Shown here piece after piece: positions 1 through 10,101 of a stretch of 64,000 bases of DNA (the first letter of the stretch is position 1; the number at the start of each line of letters is the position of its first letter). The translations under genes were made by a program, and so were the position numbers. Origin of the DNA: a virus; the IMG/VR virus record IMGVR_UViG_3300028376_000003, positions 64,001 to 128,000 of that record; one strand, 5' to 3'. Below the pieces are notes generated by a model. That model was not told the DNA's origin. It saw only the letters and a program-made list of their open reading frames with translations, and ran no database searches.

Positions 1-3000
1 CAAGAAGATGACCCAGCAGATATGTTCCAAGATATGTTACTAGTTATGTTTAATATATAATTACCTGCCTCATTTTGTACAGTTTCCTCATCACTTCCAA
101 TTTCTAGTTCTGGATCACCATCAATTGGTATAATCTCAACAATTGAGGGCAGTGGTAAGAAGTCATTCTCTCCAATATCAGCAGTATCAACAGGCTCTTT
201 TGCATCTGCTATACCACCTTCACTTGCCATTATTTCTGGTTCTGCAAAGACATTCCATATATGACATTCGTTAGAAACAGTTATATCAATACCTCGTTTT
301 ATCAACTCAGCATCAAAATTATCAGTTACGCTTCCATTATACTCTATGAATGAACCATACCAGTTACCATTTCTCCAAGTTCCATCTTCCCAAAATATAT
401 TATAAGCATTCATATACAAGCACGTCCCATTTCTCCATACCATACCATATGCATTGCCTTTATCAAATATACCATTTTCCCATATTGATATATGAAAATC
501 ACTACCTTTTAATTCACCATTTCTCCATATACAACTATCGTTTGTATTAAATGTTTTGTTTGGATCATCCTCAACATTTCTAAACTCTCTATCTACAAAT
601 GGATTAAATGAACTATTTATAAATCTACCATTGCCAAACTCACCGTCTAACCAAACAGAATTTACCATATCAGCATTCCTATTATCAAATATTCCACCTT
701 GCCATAATACACCATCTAATATAACTTTATTAACATTTGGTCTCTGATTACTTTTGGTTGCTTTTGTGAAGAATTTCTTATTATTAGTAACTGCACCATT
801 TCTCCATAAACCATAAAAATCTCTATTGCTTCTTAAAAAAGAGTCAACAAATACACTTGCGTTTTCACTTTTATCCCCTTCATATATATCACTAGAAATT
901 GTATCTAATGATTGCCCAGAACCTTTAAACATACCATTAGTAAAAATTCCATTATTCCAGACTTTTCCTTGAAATTCACCACCATTAAACTCCCCATCCC
1001 ACCATGACGGATTATTAACACTACTTGCGTTACCAAAAACACCACCATTAAATACACCACCTTGCCAAGCATAATCTAACCTATTATTAGAAGAATCTTC
1101 ACCAGCTGTTGATAAGAATACACCACCATTAAATTCACCACCTTTCCACTGCGTATTTCCATTTACTTCACCACCATTAAATCTACCATTATTCCATATT
1201 GTAATATTTTCAGACCCAAGAATACCACCATTAAATTCACCATTGTTCCAAGTTATTATAAATGTGTTATTTCTTGCACTAAAAAGATTTGGACTTTGTG
1301 ATATAAGAGCTGCATTATCAACAGTTGTATTTTTAATTGTACCAGAGTATATGCGAGTATCGCTAGTTCTTAGGGTTTTCTTCCCAAGGACACCACCATT
1401 TATAAAACCAGTATAGAACTTAGAATTATAGAAATTACCTCCTTGAAACTCACCTGACTGCCAATCACTTTTTCTAAATTCACCACTTCTAAAAATACCA
1501 TTTACCCATGCGTATATATTATTTTTTAACAAAGTAGTGCTTGTTCTAACGCCATCTGATGTAGTTATAAATGTCAAACCATTCCTGTAATAAGAAAGAA
1601 TTGAATTAGAATTATATTCAGGTGATTCAGGTGTTGCTATCCCATTGAAGCTTCTACTATCATAAAAGATACCATCATTGAAAATTCCATTTAACCAGGT
1701 AGATTGTTTAAAAACACCATTGTTAAAATCTCCACTTCCCCACACACTATTATATATTATCCCATTTTCAAAAACATCACTTCCTTCTGAAAAATTTGAA
1801 TTCATATATGTTGCTTTTGATAGTATATTATTTAAATTTTTAAATATACTATCCGATATAACTAGACTTTTTATAAGTGATAAGTTGCTGAAATCAATGT
1901 CTCTTACATCATAATCATTATTTTCTATTAATGAATCTTTTATATAAGACCTTCTAAAAATACCACCTTGTATTTTAGATTTAGATATTTTAAGCTTGTG
2001 TACATGTGTGTAATTATTATTTAAGTTCCCTTGTGTAAAAGCACCACCAGTATTAGTACTTATAGATGATAGTATGCTATTATTAGTAAAGACTTCCTTT
2101 AATAATAACTCACCAGTTGTATCAAAATCATTATTAACCACAGTATAAGTATCTGGTATTTCCAGTATGAGTGGTAATTTATTATATACAATCTGATTAA
2201 GATAAACCACATCACCCTCTTTGTAACTATCCTCAATAGATTCCAAGTTATTAGGTTCAGCAGTAGTTTTAATCAATAAAGTACTTTCTGATGGATTTAC
2301 AGTTATATCATAAAGATTAGACCCACTAACAGACAAATTAGATATGTTATTGTCGTTGTTAAGTTCTATATGATCACCACTAACCCAATCACTATTTTCT
2401 ATAAGACCACTATCGAAATCAGAATTGACAATAAATGCATTTTCTATATCTACATAATCTCTTATTTTATTAGTAAGGAATAAATTATCTATATTGTTAT
2501 TAAAAAATTGAGGTGTATTAGTATCGTTGTTAAAATCTAGACCATACCTAGGAACTTCACTAAATGGTATCTCTTGTGTAGATTCTATATCCCTTCTTGA
2601 CACATCTGATATAGATACTAATATATCTAATGAATATAGGTTTTTGTCATTCTGTGTAACTACTCCATTTTTATATATGTTTGCATCTCTATAAGCAGTG
2701 TGTAGGAACTCATTGTCCCCATTTGTTGATAAGAATGATGCCATTTCTATACCTCTTTTATAAAAATCCTTATCTCTCTCGTCAAAACTTTTGTTATAAA
2801 AATCTACATATTCTGTCCACGAAGATATTTTAAATCTCTTGTTAAAAAAGTTTAATGGATATTTTAGACTATCCTTTATCCTAAGTCCTTTTATATAAAA
2901 CTTATCTTTTGACTGTAATGTATTATACCCATCCTCATCTATGTAAAATTTATATAACTTATGACTTACTCTAGTATCTACTGAGTCAGTTAATACAAGT

Positions 3001-4763
3001 TCGTCATAGTCTAATATCTTTATTGAGTTATCACTCAAATAAACAGAATTTAACATCAGAGACCTATTAAATATTGAATTAATAGATGTTATATTATCAA
3101 ATTTAGTTTTATTAGAACGGCAATTATCAACCGATGAATTCAAGACCTTTCCTCCGTTAAATTGACAATTGTTATAATATCCACCATTCAATTCAAATAA
3201 AAATTCTCTATCATTTGATTTTAAATAGTCTTCTATAACAGAGTGATTTACATCACCACCAAATGAAGTGTCATATATGTTACCATTTTCTATAATTACA
3301 TCATTTAAATCAGATTTAAATAAGAAATTAAAACCAGATCCGTTATTATTTTCACCATTTATCTTTTCATATGGCTTATTTCCTTCACCAAACTGTGATA
3401 TAAAACTATCGGGTAGTGTAAATGTTGACTTAATAATACCTTTTAGCCACTTTACATTAAGCAAAGTACCCATATTCCACTCTCCATCCCCAGTCCATGG
3501 AATTTTTTTGTTCTTTGTACCATATAGACCACCATTAAACCTACCATTGAATAAACCCTTTCTAAAATTAGATTTGGTTATTATAGCATCATCAAAATCT
3601 TTATCAATAACCCATTCCCCATCTTCTACGCTCCACTGATATATACCATCCTCTGTAAACTCATATGCTTTATCTTCATACGATATTAATATATTTCCAT
3701 TATTAATCCTAACTCTATCATTAAAAGAAGATATAGAATTTGAAACTATATTTTCGTAGCTACTAGATATAAGTGTCTCTGTAACATCAACCCACTCACC
3801 CTCTATATTTCTTATATAAAATCCCTCTTTCTCTATACCACTATTAGAACCAAGTCCTTCAAACCCATCATAAGATTTATCAACATATAGTATATTATTC
3901 TTACCAGCAGAAAACTTATATTGAAACACGCCACTCCTTGTTGATATTTGTTTACTATATAGTCTAAAGTCTGATACATCTTTTGCCACATATATGTTAA
4001 GAAAATTATCCCTTTTATCTCTTTTGAAAGGAAGTTCTCCAGTGTAATTTATATCTAGAACAACTCTACACTTGTCTATGAATAGAATTTTATAACCATC
4101 TCTACCTTTCTTATATCTATTATTTATCTTAGTCAAATCTATATCATAAGGACCACCTATTATAAAAACCCTATCTCCTATCTTGTAATTTGTATTTACC
4201 TCTGTGTAAAACAATGTTTTAGGTATGTTATTTATATCATATGGTTCTACATAGCTCAAAAGTCTAGGTGATGAAACTCTTTCATTTTCTTGTTCCAAAT
4301 CTCCTATTCTTTGATTGCTTGTCTTACTTTCTGTCGAAATACTACTCCCAACTAGGTCTAAATTATTTTTATATTTAAATAAATCAACTGCACTTAGTAA
4401 AATAGGCTTTTTTGATATAACATCCTTTAATGTTGGTGTCTCTATAGGGACAAACTTTACATTTCCTATATTAACAGACATTTTTTTAATACTCGAAGTA
4501 TTGGTATTAACCACAGTCTTTAGATTTTTTAAGTCTAACCTTTGTTTATCATTCCTAGCTCTTTCTTCATTATAATTTTTAATATCATCAACTGTGATAT
4601 TAAAAACAGATGCTAACTTCCTCAAAAGTTCATCTGTTGGTCTTTTTATATTACTTTCTATATTCCTATAAGCCTTTTCGAAAACTTTTAACCTTTTGGA
4701 TATATCTTTAATACTAATGCTCTGGTTTTCTCGTATGTTTTTGATATTAGAACCTAATGACAT
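1..4763 (-). CDS. Large (>1587 aa, runs off window start) probable virion/adhesin protein: N-terminal XRE-type HTH, G/F/W-rich beta-helix-like repeats, BACON-like domain at the window edge
   Basis: ATG at 4763 (MSLGSNIKNIRENQSISIKDISKRLKV...KLASVFNITVDDI, HTH_3-like); spot-checked in frame at both ends and absent from the track, consistent with no stop before base 1; repeats such as WWDGEFNGGEFQGKVWNNGIFTNGMF; YILNITSNISWNISAGSSS at the edge. Confidence 0.75.
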   Translation of the reverse strand, partial: MSLGSNIKNIRENQSISIKDISKRLKVFEKAYRNIESNIKRPTDELLRKLASVFNITVDDIKNYNEERARNDKQRLDLKNLKTVVNTNTSSIKKMSVNIGNVKFVPIETPTLKDVISKKPILLSAVDLFKYKNNLDLVGSSISTESKTSNQRIGDLEQENERVSSPRLLSYVEPYDINNIPKTLFYTEVNTNYKIGDRVFIIGGPYDIDLTKINNRYKKGRDGYKILFIDKCRVVLDINYTGELPFKRDKRDNFLNIYVAKDVSDFRLYSKQISTRSGVFQYKFSAGKNNILYVDKSYDGFEGLGSNSGIEKEGFYIRNIEGEWVDVTETLISSSYENIVSNSISSFNDRVRINNGNILISYEDKAYEFTEDGIYQWSVEDGEWVIDKDFDDAIITKSNFRKGLFNGRFNGGLYGTKNKKIPWTGDGEWNMGTLLNVKWLKGIIKSTFTLPDSFISQFGEGNKPYEKINGENNNGSGFNFLFKSDLNDVIIENGNIYDTSFGGDVNHSVIEDYLKSNDREFLFELNGGYYNNCQFNGGKVLNSSVDNCRSNKTKFDNITSINSIFNRSLMLNSVYLSDNSIKILDYDELVLTDSVDTRVSHKLYKFYIDEDGYNTLQSKDKFYIKGLRIKDSLKYPLNFFNKRFKISSWTEYVDFYNKSFDERDKDFYKRGIEMASFLSTNGDNEFLHTAYRDANIYKNGVVTQNDKNLYSLDILVSISDVSRRDIESTQEIPFSEVPRYGLDFNNDTNTPQFFNNNIDNLFLTNKIRDYVDIENAFIVNSDFDSGLIENSDWVSGDHIELNNDNNISNLSVSGSNLYDITVNPSESTLLIKTTAEPNNLESIEDSYKEGDVVYLNQIVYNKLPLILEIPDTYTVVNNDFDTTGELLLKEVFTNNSILSSISTNTGGAFTQGNLNNNYTHVHKLKISKSKIQGGIFRRSYIKDSLIENNDYDVRDIDFSNLSLIKSLVISDSIFKNLNNILSKATYMNSNFSEGSDVFENGIIYNSVWGSGDFNNGVFKQSTWLNGIFNDGIFYDSRSFNGIATPESPEYNSNSILSYYRNGLTFITTSDGVRTSTTLLKNNIYAWVNGIFRSGEFRKSDWQSGEFQGGNFYNSKFYTGFINGGVLGKKTLRTSDTRIYSGTIKNTTVDNAALISQSPNLFSARNNTFIITWNNGEFNGGILGSENITIWNNGRFNGGEVNGNTQWKGGEFNGGVFLSTAGEDSSNNRLDYAWQGGVFNGGVFGNASSVNNPSWWDGEFNGGEFQGKVWNNGIFTNGMFKGSGQSLDTISSDIYEGDKSENASVFVDSFLRSNRDFYGLWRNGAVTNNKKFFTKATKSNQRPNVNKVILDGVLWQGGIFDNRNADMVNSVWLDGEFGNGRFINSSFNPFVDREFRNVEDDPNKTFNTNDSCIWRNGELKGSDFHISIWENGIFDKGNAYGMVWRNGTCLYMNAYNIFWEDGTWRNGNWYGSFIEYNGSVTDNFDAELIKRGIDITVSNECHIWNVFAEPEIMASEGGIADAKEPVDTADIGENDFLPLPSIVEIIPIDGDPELEIGSDEETVQNEAGNYILNITSNISWNISAGSSS

Positions 4764-4827
4764 TATGTGGGTAGTTATTTTTATTATATATTATTTGATA
4801 CATGGTTTCTATCTAGTTTTAAATTAG

Positions 4828-4835
4828 TATATTTG
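4828..4835 (+). promoter_or_regulatory. Bacteroidota-type -7 promoter element (TAnnTTTG)
   Basis: TATATTTG upstream of ORF 4854; same motif at 6408, 18080, 22331, 23605, 25414, 25933, 27928, 31010, 37818, 42527, 43397, 46559, 47974 (+) and 35842, 59771 (-). Confidence 0.7.
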
Positions 4836-4853
4836 TAATTATATTCAAAACAA

Positions 4854-5036
4854 ATGAAAAACATAGACATATATAAACAAATCGTGAACAGTCATTATGG
4901 TTCTTTTGGTGGTAATCTTACTAGTAATGAATACAAAATAATTAAAAAGGTAATTACAGATACTATAGAGAAAGAAAATAGGGAAAAGGTTCAAAAGGAA
5001 AGAACAGAAAAATTAAAAAAAAATACTAGGATATAA
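4854..5036 (+). CDS. Hypothetical protein with C-terminal RxxKL motif
   Basis: 60 aa ORF after promoter; ends ERTEKLKKNTRI. Confidence 0.6.
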   Translation: MKNIDIYKQIVNSHYGSFGGNLTSNEYKIIKKVITDTIEKENREKVQKERTEKLKKNTRI

Positions 5037-5057
5037 AAATAATTTAAATAACGAAAA

Positions 5058-5261
5058 ATGAGAGACGAAGGATATTACAAAAGCAATATATATAATAATC
5101 ATATTGAAAATTCAAAGTATTATAACAAATACGAAGAATACAAAGATTATGAACAATTAACTAAACTTTATGACCTTTATAATAAAATTAGCAAAACCAA
5201 AACACTAGAAGAAATGTTAAGAGAAGAACGTGCAGAAAAATTAAAAAAACTATTGAAATAA
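5058..5261 (+). CDS. Hypothetical protein with C-terminal RxxKLxxLL motif
   Basis: 67 aa ORF; ends ERAEKLKKLLK. Confidence 0.6.
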   Translation: MRDEGYYKSNIYNNHIENSKYYNKYEEYKDYEQLTKLYDLYNKISKTKTLEEMLREERAEKLKKLLK

Positions 5262-6368
5262 TTATTCAAATTCTTTTCTATCATTTGATATGTAAAAATC
5301 ATCAAAGTTAAAGTATTCATTATAAACATCCTTAACCTTATCAATGGTTATATCATCTAATACATCATATATAGAATAACCCTCTGGTGATATCCATCTA
5401 CCTACATTACTATATCTTAATATTTCATCCTTTTTAGCTCTCACTACAAAATATTCTTTAATCAAATCAAATCTTTCTTGTGTTAAGAATTCTTCTGGCT
5501 TTCTCATTACATCCTCAATACTATCAACTAATGTGTTAAAATTCTTATTAGAAGTTTGTGTTGCAATATTAACAATAGCTTTATCATTTACTCTAGATAG
5601 ATAGCAATGTATATAATACACCAAACCTTTTTTCTCACGTATTTCTTGATACAGTGGAGATTTTAGCCCAAGGGATAACATAGCATTTATGAAGTGTACA
5701 TATCCAAAATCTTTATCTATAACAGGTGATAGGATAACCAAGGAAGTCTTGTCTTTATAATTGTTATTCAATTCATAAGTTACATCATGCTTACTATATG
5801 ATAGTTCGTGGTCTATTTTTCTTTCTTTAAAATTTATTAAATTACTTTTAAAGTCACTTTTTTTAGATACGTTTATTATCTTAGATGGGTTGGCATACTG
5901 TAATTCGAAATAATTCAAACAATCCATAAACTTTAAATTCTCTAAATCTTCCTTAACACCTATCGGTCCATAGTTATTAAATAGCTTTCTATACAAATTC
6001 ATTTGATGTGATGCTGTTTGGTCATTAAATGAGTCCATGTATTCCTCTAATACAATATTTCTTTCATTTTCAAACTCACTCTTTTCAACATCAAAACCAC
6101 CTAATAAGTCCACAAATTTATACTTCCACTTATTTACCTTCTCATCTAACCCAGTTATGAAAAATACTACTTCATTAGAAGATGTGTATGCATTCCAGTC
6201 AATGCCATCTTTGTCAAAGCTTTCTTGTAAGTGATCGAAGTTTTTGGTCATTAAGTGTTCCATTAAATGTGTTATTCCATATATTCCTTTTTTCTCCAAA
6301 TTAGTAGAACCTTCATATACTACATAAAATCCAGATAAATCGGTTTGTGACTTTAAGTTTATTATCAT
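5262..6368 (-). CDS. M16-family (insulinase-like) zinc peptidase
   Basis: Inverted zincin HLMEH, NAYTS, ERNIVLEE, SPLYQEIREKKGLVY. Confidence 0.9.
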   Translation of the reverse strand: MIINLKSQTDLSGFYVVYEGSTNLEKKGIYGITHLMEHLMTKNFDHLQESFDKDGIDWNAYTSSNEVVFFITGLDEKVNKWKYKFVDLLGGFDVEKSEFENERNIVLEEYMDSFNDQTASHQMNLYRKLFNNYGPIGVKEDLENLKFMDCLNYFELQYANPSKIINVSKKSDFKSNLINFKERKIDHELSYSKHDVTYELNNNYKDKTSLVILSPVIDKDFGYVHFINAMLSLGLKSPLYQEIREKKGLVYYIHCYLSRVNDKAIVNIATQTSNKNFNTLVDSIEDVMRKPEEFLTQERFDLIKEYFVVRAKKDEILRYSNVGRWISPEGYSIYDVLDDITIDKVKDVYNEYFNFDDFYISNDRKEFE

Positions 6369-6443
6369 AATTTATTTATTTTTTATATCTTATATATTAA
6401 TTTGTTGTATATTTGTTTTTATAGAAAATATAAATTTAAAAAA

Positions 6444-6608
6444 ATGGAAGTAAAATTAATACTGAATGGTCATTTGTTAAATAAACTTATGTGTGTTAAG
6501 ATTATTAGGAACCATACTAAAAAGGGACTCATTGAATCTAAGAAATTAATGGAGGTATTAGTCTCTAGTGGTAAAGTTTTTTCCACCTTCACAAAGATAG
6601 TAATGTAA
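6444..6608 (+). CDS. Ribosomal protein L7/L12 C-terminal-domain-like protein, possibly the 5' half of a frameshifted gene
   Basis: KLMCVKIIRNHTKKGLIESKKLME resembles the L12 CTD signature KIxVIKxVRxxTGLGLKEAKxLVE. Confidence 0.55.
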   Translation: MEVKLILNGHLLNKLMCVKIIRNHTKKGLIESKKLMEVLVSSGKVFSTFTKIVM

Positions 6609-6625
6609 TTAATTTTACGTCCGAT

Positions 6626-6850
6626 GTGAGAGAAAATTTAGAGGATGTTGTTGTTGATATAAAAAGTTTCAATAGAAAAAAGAAGTTAATACAGTTAGGT
6701 ATTGGAAATGAAGACACATATAAAGACTTTATTCTAGGAACAATGGATTTCGGAGATTGTGAGACGGAAAGGATATTCGGTATAGCACTGGGACTTATGA
6801 CAATAGAACAACTTAAAAAAATGGTAGAAGCATATGAAAGTAATATCTAA
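6626..6850 (+). CDS. Hypothetical protein, possibly the 3' half of the 6444 gene
   Basis: Frame is open back to 6575 and overlaps the upstream ORF at a T6 run (6577-6582). Confidence 0.5.
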   Translation: MRENLEDVVVDIKSFNRKKKLIQLGIGNEDTYKDFILGTMDFGDCETERIFGIALGLMTIEQLKKMVEAYESNI

Positions 6851-7490
6851 AATAGACACAAGAATTTTGGTCAAAGGAGGGGAATATGAGGTTAGCACGA
6901 TGTTCAATAGTGGTAACCAATGGTCTGAAAAAATATATCTAAAAGGTGTTAGTAATTACTATAAACCTAGTGATTTTACTTGCTTAAACAAAAAATCCTT
7001 ACCAAAAATATATTACCAAGCAGAAAAAGAAAAAATTAATGAAATTAGAAAAGGGTCTTTACTTGAGTGTATTGGTGTTTTTAAATCTCTATTTAAAAAT
7101 AGAATTTATGTAGTAGAGTCTGTTTTTTATTCGACTACTATCAATACAGATGTGTCTATTAAATTTAAGGGAATTGATAGAGTGTTCAAGTTTTCTAAAA
7201 ACAATTTCAGAGTATTATCAAAATCAGAATCAAGGACAACTAATATTAATATAATCAATGATAACGATAATAGAGTGATAACTAGTAATGGTGTTAATTA
7301 TTCTAAAATTGCCGACACAAGCGAAGTATTAACGAGTATATTTCAATCAGTATGTGACAAGAATAGAAATAATCTATCGATTGAAAAATGGGCAGTTTCT
7401 AAAATAAATAACAGATTAAATATCGAAGATTTGGAAAAATATAAAAATATGACATTGGACGAAATATTAAAAATATTAAATGAAAAATAG
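6834..7490 (+). CDS. Hypothetical protein
   Basis: 218 aa ORF overlapping neighbours, operon-like. Confidence 0.7.
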   Translation: MKVISKIDTRILVKGGEYEVSTMFNSGNQWSEKIYLKGVSNYYKPSDFTCLNKKSLPKIYYQAEKEKINEIRKGSLLECIGVFKSLFKNRIYVVESVFYSTTINTDVSIKFKGIDRVFKFSKNNFRVLSKSESRTTNINIINDNDNRVITSNGVNYSKIADTSEVLTSIFQSVCDKNRNNLSIEKWAVSKINNRLNIEDLEKYKNMTLDEILKILNEK

Positions 7491-7788
7491 AAACATTATA
7501 TACGATAAGCTTCAACCACTTTTTGAAAGATTTGTATTTATAGAAAGTGTGAGTTGGGAGCAATATACACCATATGATTTAGAGTCTAATTTTTATTTAA
7601 ATAAAGAAAGTATAAAAATAAATAACAACAACATAACTCCACTATTTAATTTAACTCTTAGAAAAATGATAGAGAGTACGTTTGATAAAAATACGGAGTT
7701 TAAATCTAAAAAAGTATTTGGAGACCATGTAAGTGTAATAATTAAGAGAGATAAAAGTATAACAGTAAAAGATTTACATCATGTGTGA
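7480..7788 (+). CDS. Hypothetical protein
   Basis: 102 aa ORF; VSWEQYTPY...FGDHVSV. Confidence 0.65.
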   Translation: MKNRNIIYDKLQPLFERFVFIESVSWEQYTPYDLESNFYLNKESIKINNNNITPLFNLTLRKMIESTFDKNTEFKSKKVFGDHVSVIIKRDKSITVKDLHHV

Positions 7789-8530
7789 TATATATAATGA
7801 AATTTATAACCTTTGTAAAGTAAGGAATAAAGGAAATGTTTATAGAAACACCAAAGAATTGACACCTAGATTAAAATTCATAACAGAGTTACTATCGAGA
7901 GAAGGAATCAAATATGAGGTAGATAGTAATAAATCTTCTGATACTTATGTACATAACTTAATTCTAAGAGGTAGTTCTGATAAAATGGTAGTGGCACACC
8001 ACGATGTACAAAATTATTCAACAGACAATGCTAATGACAACTCTGCATCTGTTATTAATGCAATAGCACTCAAAAAGATAATACCAAGTGTTAATGTTGT
8101 TTTATTAGATGGTGAGGAAGTTGGTGGATTAGGATCTAAGCAGTTAGCACAACAGATTAATAACAATTACTTTGGGGATATAAAATGGGTTCTTAATTTA
8201 GAACTTACTGGACTAGGTGGTAAAAACTTTTTCATAGGAAATTACAAAGGAGAATTATACAATCATATTAAAGGATTGTTCGATTGTCCCGTATACAATA
8301 CAATATTCAATGACTCTGTCATATTTAGACAATATGGGATAGATTCAACTGTCATAAATCCGCTTCCTAGCCTACCAAGTGGATTAATTTCCAACATAAT
8401 ACATAATGGTGTATATCTAGATGATAGTATTCTTTTTGACTGTCATACTAAAAGAGATACTATTGATAAAATTAGCACATCCGATATGAAAGTATTCGTT
8501 GAAGATATATTGGTACAAATATTAAAATAA
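7781..8530 (+). CDS. M28-family Zn peptidase
   Basis: AHHD, ANDNSAS, DGEEVGG, NLE and C-terminal CH metal-ligand motifs. Confidence 0.8.
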   Translation: MCDIYNEIYNLCKVRNKGNVYRNTKELTPRLKFITELLSREGIKYEVDSNKSSDTYVHNLILRGSSDKMVVAHHDVQNYSTDNANDNSASVINAIALKKIIPSVNVVLLDGEEVGGLGSKQLAQQINNNYFGDIKWVLNLELTGLGGKNFFIGNYKGELYNHIKGLFDCPVYNTIFNDSVIFRQYGIDSTVINPLPSLPSGLISNIIHNGVYLDDSILFDCHTKRDTIDKISTSDMKVFVEDILVQILK

Positions 8531-8566
8531 TCAAAAGGCTTCTAAATTTTAGAAGCCTTTTGATTA
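8528..8566. terminator. Bidirectional intrinsic terminator
   Basis: taatcaaaaggcttctaa / ttagaagccttttgatta inverted repeat between convergent genes. Confidence 0.8.
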
Positions 8567-8583
8567 TTCATAATTACTAATTC

Positions 8584-9675
8584 TTAATTTGGTGATATTA
8601 AGAATATTTTTCTAGATGACCTATCAACATGCAACACTTTAACATCTAAATCTTTTCCTTCTTTAAATTCTTGCGTAAATTTAGCCATTTCGCTAGAGTG
8701 TACTAGTCCTACTGTTTCTGAATCTAAGCTTATTAATGCACCAAACTCTTTAATAGCTTTAACACTACCTGTTAAGACTTGGCCAGGTTCTATGGTACTC
8801 CAGATATCTTCTGTAACCATTTGTGTCAAGATTATTTTAAATCTTTTCCCCTTTTCTTTGATTACCTCTTTTATATAGAAATCAACTTCAAACCCAGGTT
8901 TTATATCACTTATTCTATTCTGCCAGTCCTCATTTAAATTATCCTTGTGAATCATACCAGTAAGACATTTATTAAATTCAACAAAAACTCCAAAAGGTGC
9001 AGTTCCTGTCACATGTCCAGTATAAACCTCATCATAGTCTAATGTTTCAACTACCTCTGGGATTAACGTCTGTAAGTACTTTTTTCTACTTACTATATAA
9101 GTTCCTTCATGTTCTGAATATGATTCTACTGTTACTTCAAATTCATCACCTATGATAGACTTTGGATTTACTAATTTATTTATACCTGCTAGTGTATTGG
9201 GCATAAACGCATCCAAAACAACACCACCTTCTAAAATCTGAACACTATATCCTGCTGGGTTGATGTCCTTTATATAAGCGGTTACTGACTGATTTTTTTC
9301 TAAATTCTTGATATTAAGGTGTGCTCTACCCTCAAACAATTGTGCTATACTTCCCTTTATAAAAAAGTTCATAGTATCAACATCGATAATTATAAAATCT
9401 ATATTATCCTCTATTTCCAAATTATCAATGTGTTTATTCTCACCACTCTTATTTTCTATCCTAACATCATCTTTATAACCCCCAACGCTAAATACGTGTT
9501 GATCCGAGGATATACCTTTATAAGTACCATTTACAACATCTCCTTTTTTCGGTGATATCATTTCATAGGAATTATAAAGCTCTTCGAGTTCTTTGTATTC
9601 TTTAGGACTCATTTTTAAATCTGCTGGATCTTCAAATAGCAAATCTAATTTTTCTTGTGTTACTGTTTCTATCAT
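8584..9675 (-). CDS. rpsA: Ribosomal protein S1-like protein (about four S1 domains)
   Basis: Repeated S1 signatures GHVTGTAPFGVFVEF, GSVKAIKEFGALISL, GLVHSSEM, VKVLHVDRSSRKIFLIS. Confidence 0.85.
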   Translation of the reverse strand: MIETVTQEKLDLLFEDPADLKMSPKEYKELEELYNSYEMISPKKGDVVNGTYKGISSDQHVFSVGGYKDDVRIENKSGENKHIDNLEIEDNIDFIIIDVDTMNFFIKGSIAQLFEGRAHLNIKNLEKNQSVTAYIKDINPAGYSVQILEGGVVLDAFMPNTLAGINKLVNPKSIIGDEFEVTVESYSEHEGTYIVSRKKYLQTLIPEVVETLDYDEVYTGHVTGTAPFGVFVEFNKCLTGMIHKDNLNEDWQNRISDIKPGFEVDFYIKEVIKEKGKRFKIILTQMVTEDIWSTIEPGQVLTGSVKAIKEFGALISLDSETVGLVHSSEMAKFTQEFKEGKDLDVKVLHVDRSSRKIFLISPN

Positions 9676-9721
9676 ATTATTTTTGTTTTATAGGTATTAT
9701 ACTAATTAATACCACAAAAGT

Positions 9722-10099
9722 TTAAAATATATCAAATTTTTTAATATTATTATTCTTCATATAATCTCTTATCTTAGCAGCTTCTTCATATTTTTCATTA
9801 AGAATAGCAATATTTAGTTTATTATTTAACTCATTTGACAACTGACTCTTGCTTTTACCACTAGTCTCTATTAACGAATTGTAATAATCTTGTATTTCAG
9901 AAATAGTACCAAACTTAATATCTTCCACTTTTTCTTGACTTTCAAATACTTCATCTATTTTCTTATTCTGTAATACTTTTTCAATAAATTTATCATCAAA
10001 TGCAGAATTTTCTAGCAAATACCTAGTCAATAGATGTGGTCTATTGTTGAACATTTTTATTAGTAACAGTATTTTATCGTATCTACCTGAGTTATCCAT
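9722..10099 (-). CDS. UVR (UvrB/UvrC-motif) domain protein
   Basis: C-terminal LNNKLNIAILNEKYEEAAKIRD. Confidence 0.75.
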   Translation of the reverse strand: MDNSGRYDKILLLIKMFNNRPHLLTRYLLENSAFDDKFIEKVLQNKKIDEVFESQEKVEDIKFGTISEIQDYYNSLIETSGKSKSQLSNELNNKLNIAILNEKYEEAAKIRDYMKNNNIKKFDIF

Positions 10100-10101
10100 A
10101 T

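Noticed and set aside
350-4575. Plus-strand ORFs at 350, 556, 1678, 3268 and 4315, and similar S/L/F/I-rich ORFs opposite other long genes
   Set aside because: Antisense shadows of the real coding strand, with no recognisable motifs.
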